From an uncultured Phycisphaerales bacterium (GTDB lineage: Bacteria; Planctomycetota; B15-G4; CAYZWU01): a stretch of 64,000 nt of DNA. The translations under genes were made by a program, and so were the position numbers. The notes under the pieces are model-generated. The model searched no databases, had not been told where the DNA came from, and saw only the letters and a program-made list of their open reading frames with translations. Each line of letters starts with the position of its first letter. Position 1 is the stretch's first letter. The stretch spans positions 3,053 through 67,052 of the forward strand of contig CAYZWU010000007.1 of NCBI GenBank assembly GCA_964482235.1, written 5' to 3'. Shown here piece by piece: positions 10,072 through 19,212 of this stretch.

Positions 10072-11787
10072 TCAGATAATGACGTCGTTGCAGACCCGGA
10101 GCACCTCGGAGATCGTCGTCTCCCCGCTCAGCGCTTTCTTCTTCCCCGAGTCCACGGTGAAGTCCATTCCCTTCTTCTTCGCCAGCTTGATGAACTCCTT
10201 GTCGCTGGCCTTGGCGCTCACGAGCTCCGAGTACTCGTCGTCCATCACGAAGAGCTCGTAGATCACCGTTCTCCCGGCGAAACCGGTATTGTGGCACGAG
10301 GCGCACCCCTTGCCCCTGTAGACCACCACTTCCCCGGCATCGGGCCCGACGAGCCAGCGGGCCTCGGCTTCCGACGCCTGGACCGGTTCGCGGCACTTCG
10401 GGCAGATCGCCCTCACCAGGCGCTGTCCCAGGACGCCGCTCAAGCTCGTGGTGATGAGGTAGTGGGGGATGCCGAGATCCATCAGCCTCTGCACCGCACC
10501 CATGGCGTTGTTCGTGTGGATGCTGGAGAAGACCATGTGCCCCGTCATGGACGACTTGATGGCGATTGCGGCCGTCTCCGGATCCCTGATCTCGCCCACC
10601 AGGATCACATCGGGATCCTGCCTGAGGATCGTTCTCAGGCCGTCGGCAAAGGTGTATCCGATCTCGGCGTCCACCTGGGACTGCCTGATCAGGGGAAGGG
10701 AGTACTCGATGGGATCCTCCACGGTGACGACCTTCTTGGTCAGGGCGTCGACGAGCAGGATCAGCGAGTAGAGCGTCGTCGTTTTTCCGGAGCCCGTGGG
10801 GCCTGACACGAGGAACAGGCCGTGAGACATGTTGGCAATTCCGTCGAGATCCTTGTAGGTCTCGGGATCGACGCCGAGGCTCTTCAGGTGAAGGTTGACG
10901 CTGCTTCTGTCCAGCAGGCGGATCACGATGTTCTCGCCGTGGGCCGTCGGCATGATCGAGACGCGGAAATCGACGTTGAACGATCCCTTCTTCCTGGAGA
11001 ACCTGCCGTCCTGCGGCTTTCTCCGCTCCGTGATGTCCAGGTTGGAGATGATCTTGAATCGCGCCAGGACGGGCGCGATCATGTCGCGGGGCAGCGTGTC
11101 TCCCTGCTGGAGGATACCATCCTGCCTGTAGCGGATCCTCAGGACCTTCTCCTCGGGCTCGATGTGGATATCGGTGGCCTGCCTGTGGAGCGCCTTTTCG
11201 ATGATGTCGTCCACCGTCTCGGTGGCCGACTGGATATCGATCTCCTCGTCTTCGACCTCATCGAGAGGCTTGTTCCCGGCGTTATCCACCTTGAAGGATT
11301 CACCGATCGCCTTGGTGATGTCCGCCTGGGTGGCGGCGTAGATCGCGATGTTGCAGCCGAGGCTATCCTGGATCTGGTCGATCAGGATGATGTTGGCCGG
11401 ATCGGCCATGGCCACGGTGGTCATGCCGTCCTCCTCGATCTGGATGGGGATGAAGAGGTTCTCCCTGAGATAGTTCTCGCTGAAGCTGTGGACCAGGGTG
11501 CCGTCGAGCTGGAAGGTGGAAAGCTTGACGAAGGGGACGCCGAGATCGTCGCTCAACGCCTCGTAGAGATCGTTCTCGCTGAGGAAGCCGAGCTGGATCA
11601 GGATCTGGCCGATGGGCTCGTTGCGTCTTTTCTTTTCCTTGAGCGCGATCTCGAGCTGCTGATTCGTGATGTACCCGCCTTCGACCAAGCGGTCGCCCAT
11701 CTTCTTTTTCGTGTCGATGAAGCTCTTTGCAGGTGCATCCATGTCTTTCGATCCAGTGACGGAGTCTTTTCTCGTAACTGAGTGCAA
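10072..11787 (-). CDS. gspE: type II secretion / type IV pilus assembly ATPase GspE/PilB
   Basis: N-terminal T2SSE_N domain, Walker A motif GPTGSGKTTT, and a C-terminal tetracysteine motif (CPKC...CASC). 571 aa. Confidence 0.9.
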   Translation of the reverse strand: MHSVTRKDSVTGSKDMDAPAKSFIDTKKKMGDRLVEGGYITNQQLEIALKEKKRRNEPIGQILIQLGFLSENDLYEALSDDLGVPFVKLSTFQLDGTLVHSFSENYLRENLFIPIQIEEDGMTTVAMADPANIILIDQIQDSLGCNIAIYAATQADITKAIGESFKVDNAGNKPLDEVEDEEIDIQSATETVDDIIEKALHRQATDIHIEPEEKVLRIRYRQDGILQQGDTLPRDMIAPVLARFKIISNLDITERRKPQDGRFSRKKGSFNVDFRVSIMPTAHGENIVIRLLDRSSVNLHLKSLGVDPETYKDLDGIANMSHGLFLVSGPTGSGKTTTLYSLILLVDALTKKVVTVEDPIEYSLPLIRQSQVDAEIGYTFADGLRTILRQDPDVILVGEIRDPETAAIAIKSSMTGHMVFSSIHTNNAMGAVQRLMDLGIPHYLITTSLSGVLGQRLVRAICPKCREPVQASEAEARWLVGPDAGEVVVYRGKGCASCHNTGFAGRTVIYELFVMDDEYSELVSAKASDKEFIKLAKKKGMDFTVDSGKKKALSGETTISEVLRVCNDVII

Positions 11788-11850
11788 TTACGCAATTACT
11801 ATCGAATCTCGGAAGGAGCGGACTTTAAGGAATATTCGCTTTCGGGCAGG

Positions 11851-11887
11851 AAAAAAGACCACCGGCCTCGCGCGGAAGCCGGTGGTC
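11851..11887 (-). terminator. rho-independent terminator downstream of the pseudopilin gene
   Basis: A perfect 10-bp stem (GACCACCGGC / GCCGGTGGTC) with an 11-nt loop. On the minus strand it is followed by a U6 tract (plus-strand AAAAAA at 11851-11856). Confidence 0.6.
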
Positions 11888-11935
11888 GCATGTCCGGGTC
11901 GAACCCGGGCCGTCTTCATCGATCAGGCGGGAGTC

Positions 11936-12472
11936 CTACTTCCAGACAGGACCCTCGCATACGTAGTAGGAGCCGCTGCTCTTGTTGTCGTGCCTGAAGT
12001 TGCCTGCCTTCCTGTTGCCATCGTCGAGCTCGTCGTCGATCCGCACCAGCGTATCCTTGGTCAGGGAGTCGCTGATGGTGATCCAGACCTCGTTGCTCGA
12101 CGTGCCGTCATAGTTGAAGCCGTTTTTCTTGCCGTAGTTGTAGTCATACGAACCACCCCAGGGATGTTCGGTGGGCCAGCGATCCAGGTAGGGACCTTCC
12201 CACTTGTCCCGATAGGCCTTCGGCACCTTGGAGGACGACATCAGGCCGGGGTCCGTGTTCTTGGACACGTCCTTCGGAATGAATCCCACGTCCGCGTAGA
12301 TCGAATTGAGGGCGTTCTTGATCGTCTTCAATTCGGTTTCGAGCCTGCTGACCTTGGACTTAGTGACGAGCTTGTTGATCTGTGGGGTCACCACTGCCGC
12401 GAGAATCGCAAGCACCGACACCACGATCACCAGCTCGATCAGCGAAAAACCCATCTCTCTCTTTCGTTTCAT
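11936..12472 (-). CDS. GspG-like pseudopilin, probable major subunit
   Basis: Leader MKRKREMG followed by FSLIELVIVVSVLAILAAVV. The C-terminal motif is W.GPYLDRWP.EHPWGG.Y.Y. A strong terminator follows it, as is usual for major pilin genes. Confidence 0.8.
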   Translation of the reverse strand: MKRKREMGFSLIELVIVVSVLAILAAVVTPQINKLVTKSKVSRLETELKTIKNALNSIYADVGFIPKDVSKNTDPGLMSSSKVPKAYRDKWEGPYLDRWPTEHPWGGSYDYNYGKKNGFNYDGTSSNEVWITISDSLTKDTLVRIDDELDDGNRKAGNFRHDNKSSGSYYVCEGPVWK

Positions 12473-12617
12473 TCCAGATCTCCTTTTCCACTGTGTTTAC
12501 TTGGCTATCGCACAACCAGCTTTGTGTGATCTCCCCGCTTTATCGGAGAGTTCGAAAAATGACTTGAATCCCATTTCGGAAATCACTGATTTATTTGGTT
12601 CTTTTTCCTTCACATAT

Positions 12618-14139
12618 CTATCCGTCTGCCGGAAAAGCCTCGCCGGAGCCTGTTCCGGCCTCGTCGGACTTCGCCGTCTTCATCTTGTAGCTCGAGGGGA
12701 TGTTCCCGGCGTCCTTCGGATCCACGAGGGTCGGTGTGATCATCACGATGAGCTCGATCTTCTCGGTTCTCGTCGTTGTTCCCTTGAAGATGTGTCCGAG
12801 CAGGGGAAGATCCTTCAGGAAGGGTACACCGCTCCTCTCGTCGAACGTGTATTCCTTCAGGAGGCCACCGATCACGATCGTGTTGCGGTCATGGACCCCG
12901 AACTCCGTGACGATGTGCCGGTGATTGATCACGGGCACGCCGTTGAACGTGTCTATCTGCTCGCTCACATCCTGATCGATCGAGAGGGAGACGCATCCGT
13001 CCTCCATGATCACCGGAGTCACCTTGAGCTTGATCCCCACCTCGATGAACTCCACGCTCTCCATGGTCTGGGAGCCGAGCCCCTGCTGCGTAGGATCCGC
13101 GTTGGTGGTCACCGTGGTTTCGACGTAGGGGATGTCCTCGGTGATGTCGATCGAAGCTTCCTTGCCGCTCTTGGCCACCACGTTGGGCCGCGAGATCACG
13201 TTGACCCGCGTGAGCTTGCTCAGCAGATTGAGCGCGCCGTTGATATCCGCATTGTCGCCCGCGATGGTGAACTCCACCGCCCGCGATGGTGAACTCCACA
13301 TCCCTGGACGGGGTGAGAAGGTTCGAGATGAACGACGCCGATGTGTCGTCCATGTGAATGTTCGCCAGATCGATCATCGCGCCGAGCTCGTAGAGATCGG
13401 TGAGGGAGAACTCGACGATCTTGGCCTCGATGAGAACCTGCTTCTCGCTCCGATCCACCGACCGGATGAACGTCTCGAGGTTCTCGTGAACCGCCCTCGT
13501 GGCGGTGACGGTGACGATGTTGTTCGCCGTGTTGACGACCACGCTCCCTTCCTCGCCGATCATCGACCGGATCATCTCGTCCATGCCCGTTGTCGTGGCG
13601 GAGTTCAGCTGATAGATCCGGGTCAGCATCTTCGACGGATCGTCCCTGGTAAGGATGAAGACGTTGCCCCTCTTCTCGATCCGGCACCGGTGCGTGCGGC
13701 AGAGGAGGGTGAGAGCATCGTTGATCGTGACGCCGGGGAAGGAGAACTCGACGATCTCCGTGAAGTTGCCGTTCAGCAGGAGGTTGATGCCCGCCGCCTC
13801 CACGATCATGGTGATCGCGTTCCCCAGGGTGGCGCCCCGCAGCTCGAAGGAATAGAGCTCCGTGTCGTCGACGAAGACGATGTCCTCGAAGTCCATCGTC
13901 CCTTCGATCTCGGTCTCCCCGGTCACGCGGGTCCCGGCAGAAGGCTCGACCATCACCTCCTCGTCGTATGGTCTTGACTCCACCAGGGTCTTGCAGTATT
14001 CCGCGAATTCCATGGGAGTGAGGAGATTGTCTTCCTTCACCGAACATCCCGCTCCCGCGAGAAGGCAGAGTGCCAGCGCAGAAATGGCGGCAGGCCGGAT
14101 CATGGCTTTGAATAGTGACACAGCAACCCTCGCTGACAT
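12618..14139 (-). pseudogene. gspD: secretin GspD/PilQ, with the reading frame disrupted by a 22-bp tandem duplication
   Basis: ORFs 12889..14139 and 12618..13301 overlap in different frames. Both encode VEFTIAG at the junction. Removing one repeat unit restores a continuous protein of about 500 aa with lipoprotein signal, N domains and a C-terminal secretin domain (IIGGL...GVPFLKDLPLLGHIF). Confidence 0.75.
13257..13300. repeat. 2 x 22-bp direct tandem duplication (gcccgcgatggtgaactccac[c/a])
   Basis: The two units are read directly from the sequence and differ by one mismatch. The unit length is not a multiple of 3, so the duplication causes the secretin frameshift. Confidence 0.9.
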
Positions 14140-14310
14140 TTCACGATGGAGTAGAGTGGCCGGCAGAGTTCAAGCTCTGTCGGCTGAAACATCTGGGGCG
14201 TTTATCGTCCCTGTGTTTTGAAATACTTGAGGGTTTGGGAGGAAAACGCCTGTTCGCGGGTTGGTTTTGGGGAGGCGGGAACGGGAACGGGATCGGGAGG
14301 AGGAGCCGGC

Positions 14311-15846
14311 TCAATTCTCGGCGACGCGAATCCTGCCGTCGGCCTTTGGAACGATCCGGCTCTTCGCCTCGATATAGCGCACCAGCGCGTCGGAGTACTT
14401 GAAACCCAGGTCCTCCACCTCGCCGTCCTTGCCGAACATCGTGTAGCCGTCCCCCTTGTGGTACATGAAGGAGTTGATGGCAACGCGGTAGGTCTTCTCC
14501 TTGTCGAGCGGCTCGCCGGCGACGCGGACCGAGACGATCGTGTCCGATCGGGGCGAGATCACCACCTCGAGCCCCGACAGTGCGCCGGAGGTCCGCGGCC
14601 TCTCCTCGACAACGAATATCGAATGATCGAGCGCCTCCAGGAGCGTGCTCCCCTTGAGGGGGGCGACCATCAAATTGTTGTTGAAGGGAAGCATGGTGAT
14701 GATCTCTCCCACGGTGACGGAGCCAGGGCCGAGGCTGGTCCGGATACCGCCGGTGTTCTGGATCGCGCAGTCCGCTTCAGCCGCCCACCGCATGCCGTCG
14801 GCCACGAGGTTTCCGAAGGGCCTGTCGAGCCATCCCTTCCGCCTCGACACGGCCGGCTCCTCCACCGTGCCCACGACGCGGCCCAGGACCTCCTCCAGCT
14901 CTTCCGCATAGGGGCTGAGCCGGGCCAGAACATCGCGGTCGTCCTCGATGGGGCCGAGCGTCAGGTAGCTGTCGCTGTTCTTTGGCTCGTAGTTGATGGG
15001 GATCAGCCCGCCCTCCACGCGTTTCAGCTCCTTCCCCGCGAACTCGAGGGTCACCCTTCCGAGAAAGACTCCGTGGCATCCCGCCTGGACCAGCACCGTG
15101 TCGCCGATACGGCGGGGACGCGTGAGGGGGGTGTGGGAGTGGCCGCCCACGATCAGGTCGATGCCTTCCACTCCCGGTGCAAGGACGTTCTTGTCGTAGC
15201 CGTAGCCGCAGTGCGTCAGCGCGATCACGTGGTCCGCCTCCTTCCTGAGGCGGGGGACGAGCTCGCGCGCCGTTTCCAGGGGGTCGAGGAGCTTCAATCC
15301 CTGGAGGCGCTCCTCGAAGACGAGCCGTTCCAGCTCGCCGGTGATCAGCCCGAAGACGGCCACGGTGCGACCGCCCCTCTTCAGCATCACGTACGGCCGG
15401 AAGGGGCAGGCGTTGTCCGTCGTGCGCACCAGGTTGGCGCAGAGGAGAGGGAATCCGGCCGTTTCCTGGAATCCGAGTATGGTCTTCACATCGTAGCTGA
15501 ACTCGTGGTTTCCCACGGCCATGGCGTCGTAGCCGAGCAGGTTCATGCCGACGAAATCGGGTTCGGCCTTGTTCATGTTGGAGACGGGCATGCCGTCGCA
15601 CACGTCTCCGGCATCGAGCAGGAGGACGTTAGGCTCCTCGGCGCGCAGGCGGTCCACGACGGTCTTGCGCGCCGGCATGCCGCCGCACGTCGCGTCCTTG
15701 TAGGTGAATGCCAGCGGGCGGCCGTGCGTGTCGTTGGTGTGGAGCACCGTGAGCGACCACGGTTCGTCGTCGATCCCTCCGAGGACGGCAAGGAGAAGCA
15801 GCAGGTTGAGCAGAAGGGGCATGATGATCTCCTGGTTCGGCCGCAA
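14311..15846 (-). CDS. bifunctional metallophosphatase / 5'-nucleotidase, UshA family, secreted
   Basis: Signal peptide present. Metallophosphoesterase motifs are found (LHTNDTHG, GNHEF, GGHSH), together with a 5'-nucleotidase C-terminal domain. Confidence 0.85.
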   Translation of the reverse strand: MRPNQEIIMPLLLNLLLLLAVLGGIDDEPWSLTVLHTNDTHGRPLAFTYKDATCGGMPARKTVVDRLRAEEPNVLLLDAGDVCDGMPVSNMNKAEPDFVGMNLLGYDAMAVGNHEFSYDVKTILGFQETAGFPLLCANLVRTTDNACPFRPYVMLKRGGRTVAVFGLITGELERLVFEERLQGLKLLDPLETARELVPRLRKEADHVIALTHCGYGYDKNVLAPGVEGIDLIVGGHSHTPLTRPRRIGDTVLVQAGCHGVFLGRVTLEFAGKELKRVEGGLIPINYEPKNSDSYLTLGPIEDDRDVLARLSPYAEELEEVLGRVVGTVEEPAVSRRKGWLDRPFGNLVADGMRWAAEADCAIQNTGGIRTSLGPGSVTVGEIITMLPFNNNLMVAPLKGSTLLEALDHSIFVVEERPRTSGALSGLEVVISPRSDTIVSVRVAGEPLDKEKTYRVAINSFMYHKGDGYTMFGKDGEVEDLGFKYSDALVRYIEAKSRIVPKADGRIRVAEN

Positions 15847-15869
15847 CGGGAGCGGCGGGCAATTTTCTT

Positions 15870-16631
15870 TTGCACCGCATTGTACACCTTCCTATAAAAG
15901 GCCGGAACAACGAGGAGAATTCCGTGAAGTATATTGTCTCGCTCGCAGCCTGGACGACGGGAATCATCGGGATGCTGATCTGGATTCCCGCGATCATCCT
16001 TGCCAGTTTCTTTTTTTCCCAGCGCACCATCCCGTCCAAGGCCGGCTTCTTCTTCCGTCTCATGCTCGTCTTCTTCTTCGTGCGCGTCCGCGTGACGGGC
16101 CGGGAGAGGGTCGACGCCGATCGAGCCCGGCTCTTCATGGCCAACCATGCCAGCTTCTTCGACCTGTTGATCCTGGGTAGCTATCTGCCGGGTTACCTGA
16201 GCGGCATCGAGGCGTCCGAGCACTTCTCCTGGCCGATCTGGGGCACGATGATCAGGAGGCTCGGCATGATCCCGATCGACAGGTCGAGCGGCGCCGCCTC
16301 GATGCGGAGCATCAAGAAAGCGTCGGAGAAGATCAAGGACGGCGTGTCGGTCCTGATTCTCCCCGAAGGGACGCGCACGACCTCCGGCAGGATGCTGCCT
16401 TTCGCCAGGCTTCCCTTCCACCTGGCGAAGAAGAGCGAGTGCCCCATCACTCCTGTGGGGCTGAAGGGGACGTTTAAGCTGAAGAACAAGAAGAGCTGGC
16501 TTCTGAGACCCGGCCGGGTGGAGATGAATTTCGGGGAGACGATCAGCGCCGAGGAGGTGGCGGAGAAGTCGTCCGACGAGTTGAAGGAGATCGTGCGCTC
16601 CCGCATCGCCGTCCTTTGCGGGGAGGAGTGA
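15870..16631 (+). CDS. plsC: 1-acyl-sn-glycerol-3-phosphate acyltransferase
   Basis: HxxxxD motif (MANHASFFD) and PEGTR motif. A GTG at 15925 (VKYIV) with an upstream GAGGAG is an alternative start. Confidence 0.8.
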   Translation: MHRIVHLPIKGRNNEENSVKYIVSLAAWTTGIIGMLIWIPAIILASFFFSQRTIPSKAGFFFRLMLVFFFVRVRVTGRERVDADRARLFMANHASFFDLLILGSYLPGYLSGIEASEHFSWPIWGTMIRRLGMIPIDRSSGAASMRSIKKASEKIKDGVSVLILPEGTRTTSGRMLPFARLPFHLAKKSECPITPVGLKGTFKLKNKKSWLLRPGRVEMNFGETISAEEVAEKSSDELKEIVRSRIAVLCGEE

Positions 16632-16669
16632 CTCGCTTCCCGGGAGGCTTCCAGCGGATCGAGGCTTCC

Positions 16670-17437
16670 TCAATCCTCCTCGTCCATGGCCACCCTGTTG
16701 ATCAGGGCGGCGTTGTAACCTGCGCCGAATCCGTTGTCTATGTTGACCACCGAGACGTTGGCCGCGCAGGAGTTCAGCATGCCGAGCAAGGCGGCCAAGC
16801 CCCCGAAGGAGGCGCCGTAGCCGATGCAGGTGGGCACGGCGATCACCGGACGCTCCACCAGGCCGCCCACCACGCTCGCCAGGGCACCCTCCATTCCGGC
16901 GGCGACCACCACGGCCCTTGCATTTCTCAGGACGTCGATCCGCGACAGGATCCTGTGGATTCCGGCCACTCCCACGTCGTAGACGGCCTCGACATGGGCG
17001 CCCATCACCTCGGCGGTAATCCGGGCCTCCTCGGCCACGGGGATGTCGGCCGTGCCGGCCGTGACGACGGCCACGAGGCCGATGGGCTTCGGCTTCTTTT
17101 TTCGCCTGTCGATCACCACGCATCGCCCCGGGCGGTTGTAGACGGCGCGGCGGCTCACCTTCTTCAGCCGCTCGAAGACAGACGGCTCGGCTCGCGTGGC
17201 GAGAAGCACCTCGCCGGTGCGGAGGATCTCGCGGGCGATCCCGGCCACCTGGCTCGTGGTCTTGCCTTCGCAGAGGATCACCTCCGGAAAACCGCACCGC
17301 TTGGCCCGATGGTGGTCCACGCAGGCGTACTGGAGATCGGGATCGACGATTTCCCTGATCGCTTTGGCCGCCTTGGCGACAGGGGTGCCGCCGGAAGCGA
17401 CGTCGCGCAGTATCGACTTGATCTTCTTTTCATCCAT
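16670..17437 (-). CDS. larB: LarB-like nickel-pincer cofactor biosynthesis protein, a PurE-like carboxylase
   Basis: 255 aa from MDEKKIKS, with AGGAG upstream. An N-terminal LarB domain is followed by a PurE-like domain (VAVVTAGTADIPV...AAGMEGALASVVGG). Confidence 0.75.
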   Translation of the reverse strand: MDEKKIKSILRDVASGGTPVAKAAKAIREIVDPDLQYACVDHHRAKRCGFPEVILCEGKTTSQVAGIAREILRTGEVLLATRAEPSVFERLKKVSRRAVYNRPGRCVVIDRRKKKPKPIGLVAVVTAGTADIPVAEEARITAEVMGAHVEAVYDVGVAGIHRILSRIDVLRNARAVVVAAGMEGALASVVGGLVERPVIAVPTCIGYGASFGGLAALLGMLNSCAANVSVVNIDNGFGAGYNAALINRVAMDEED

Positions 17438-17448
17438 ACCGGTTGCTC

Positions 17449-18483
17449 CTAGCATGCCGAGGCGTCGATGTCGATATCGAATCGCTGCCCGGAACGGTGA
17501 ATCTGATAGGCGAGGCCCGCGATCATGGCCGCGTTGTCCGTGGCCAGATCCCGGGGCGACAGTAAAAGCTGAATTCCGCGTGAGGCGGCCAGCGAACGGA
17601 CCGAGTCGCGGAGAGCCGTGTTGGCAGCCACGCCGCCGCCCACGGCCACGGCGCGGGCTTCGAACCGCTCCGCCGCCTGGAACAGCCGCGTGGTGAGGAC
17701 TTCGACCACCGCGGCCTGGAACGAGGCAGCCATCGCCGCAACGGCATGACTGTCCTCCCTGTCGAAAGGGGGCTCCTCCCGCTGGGCCCGTTTCTTCTTC
17801 GAGACCATGCCGCGGCACCGGTAGAGCACCGCGGTCTTGAGCCCGCTGAAGGAGAAGTCGAGCGACTTCCTCCCCGAAGGCATCGGCCGGGGGAGGGCGT
17901 AGGTCCCGGGATCCGCCCCCCTCGCCGCCTTGTCGATGGCCGGCCCACCCGGGTAGCCGAGCCCCAGGATCGAGGCCACCTTGTCGAAGGCCTCGCCCGC
18001 CGCATCGTCGATCGTCCGGCCCTCGAGCTCGAGATCGAGGGGCGATCGGACGCGGTAGAGGCTCGTGTGGCCGCCCGATACGACGAGCGCGGCCAGGGGG
18101 TAGGGAGGCTCGTCCACCGTCATCAGGCAGGCGTAGGCGTGCGCTTCCACATGGTTGACCGGGATCAGGGGAATCCCGAGAGCGAGGGCCAGCCCCTTGG
18201 CTGCCGACATTCCCACCAGGAGGCTGCCGATCAGCCCAGGCCTCTGCGTCACGGCGACGGCATCGATGTCACTCATGCGGCAACCGGCCGATTCCACCGC
18301 TTTGCCGATGACAGGCCTGATCGTTTCCAGGTGGGACCGGCTCGCCACCTCGGGGACCACGCCGCCGAAAGGGGCATGGAGAGCAATCTGCGTCGCAACC
18401 TCGCTGGAGAGGATCTTGCGCCCCGACTGCACCACCGCGGCGGCGCATTCATCGCATGACGTCTCGATGCCGAGTATGATCAT
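17449..18483 (-). CDS. tsaD: tRNA N6-adenosine threonylcarbamoyltransferase TsaD
   Basis: MIILGIETSCDECAAAV...GGVAANTALR. 344 aa. Confidence 0.9.
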   Translation of the reverse strand: MIILGIETSCDECAAAVVQSGRKILSSEVATQIALHAPFGGVVPEVASRSHLETIRPVIGKAVESAGCRMSDIDAVAVTQRPGLIGSLLVGMSAAKGLALALGIPLIPVNHVEAHAYACLMTVDEPPYPLAALVVSGGHTSLYRVRSPLDLELEGRTIDDAAGEAFDKVASILGLGYPGGPAIDKAARGADPGTYALPRPMPSGRKSLDFSFSGLKTAVLYRCRGMVSKKKRAQREEPPFDREDSHAVAAMAASFQAAVVEVLTTRLFQAAERFEARAVAVGGGVAANTALRDSVRSLAASRGIQLLLSPRDLATDNAAMIAGLAYQIHRSGQRFDIDIDASAC

Positions 18484-18594
18484 GAGAAGCTCTCCAGGGG
18501 AGGCGTGACGGAAAGGACAGGGACGGCACGGTCTTGGCGCGGCTGTGCTCTGTCCCTGTCCCGCGGGTGCGATCCAATCAGGCTCTCGGCTCTT

Positions 18595-19074
18595 CTACTT
18601 CTTCCTGGTTTTCTTTTTTATTGTCTTGGCGGCGGCCTTCTTTCTGGGGGCGCACTTGCTCTTCTTCTTCTTGATCGCCAGGTTCTTCAGGATGAGAAGG
18701 GCTTTTTTCGTGTTCGTGACCTGGAGGTAGAACCTGTCCTCGGCGCCGCCCGAACCGCCGGTGCTGCCATATCCGTATTCCACGTTGAGCTTGGCCTTGG
18801 CCAGGGCGCGGGAGATCTCGTCCAGCTTGCCGGGTTTGTTCTCTGCCGGAATCTCGAGGACGTTGGTCTCGATCACGAGGATCCCCCGGTCCCCCAGAGC
18901 GTGCAGAGCCTTCTGCGGCGTATCGACGATCATCCTCAGCACACCATGATCCACGGTGCCAAAGATGTTGAAGGCGAGGATGTTGACATGGATCTCCTTC
19001 ATGACCTCGCAGATCCTGGCCATCATTCCAGGCTGGTTTTCGAGAAAAACCGTCAACTGCTTCTGAATATTCAT
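18595..19074 (-). CDS. ACT-domain protein with a Lys-rich basic C-terminal tail
   Basis: About 130 aa of tandem ACT-like fold, followed by KKKKSKCAPRKKAAAKTIKKKTRKK. It lies in an operon with ctpA and tsaD. Confidence 0.55.
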   Translation of the reverse strand: MNIQKQLTVFLENQPGMMARICEVMKEIHVNILAFNIFGTVDHGVLRMIVDTPQKALHALGDRGILVIETNVLEIPAENKPGKLDEISRALAKAKLNVEYGYGSTGGSGGAEDRFYLQVTNTKKALLILKNLAIKKKKSKCAPRKKAAAKTIKKKTRKK

Positions 19075-19212
19075 TTCTTTCCTTCCAGTTACTGTTCAGG
19101 TTCCGAGCAGGCTGCACCTGAGAAATCTCGAATGGATGCCCGGGCACATTATGAGATAGATGCAGAGGAAAAAAAAGGGTTTATGATCTGCGGGCGGAAA
19201 GGGATCTCCCGG

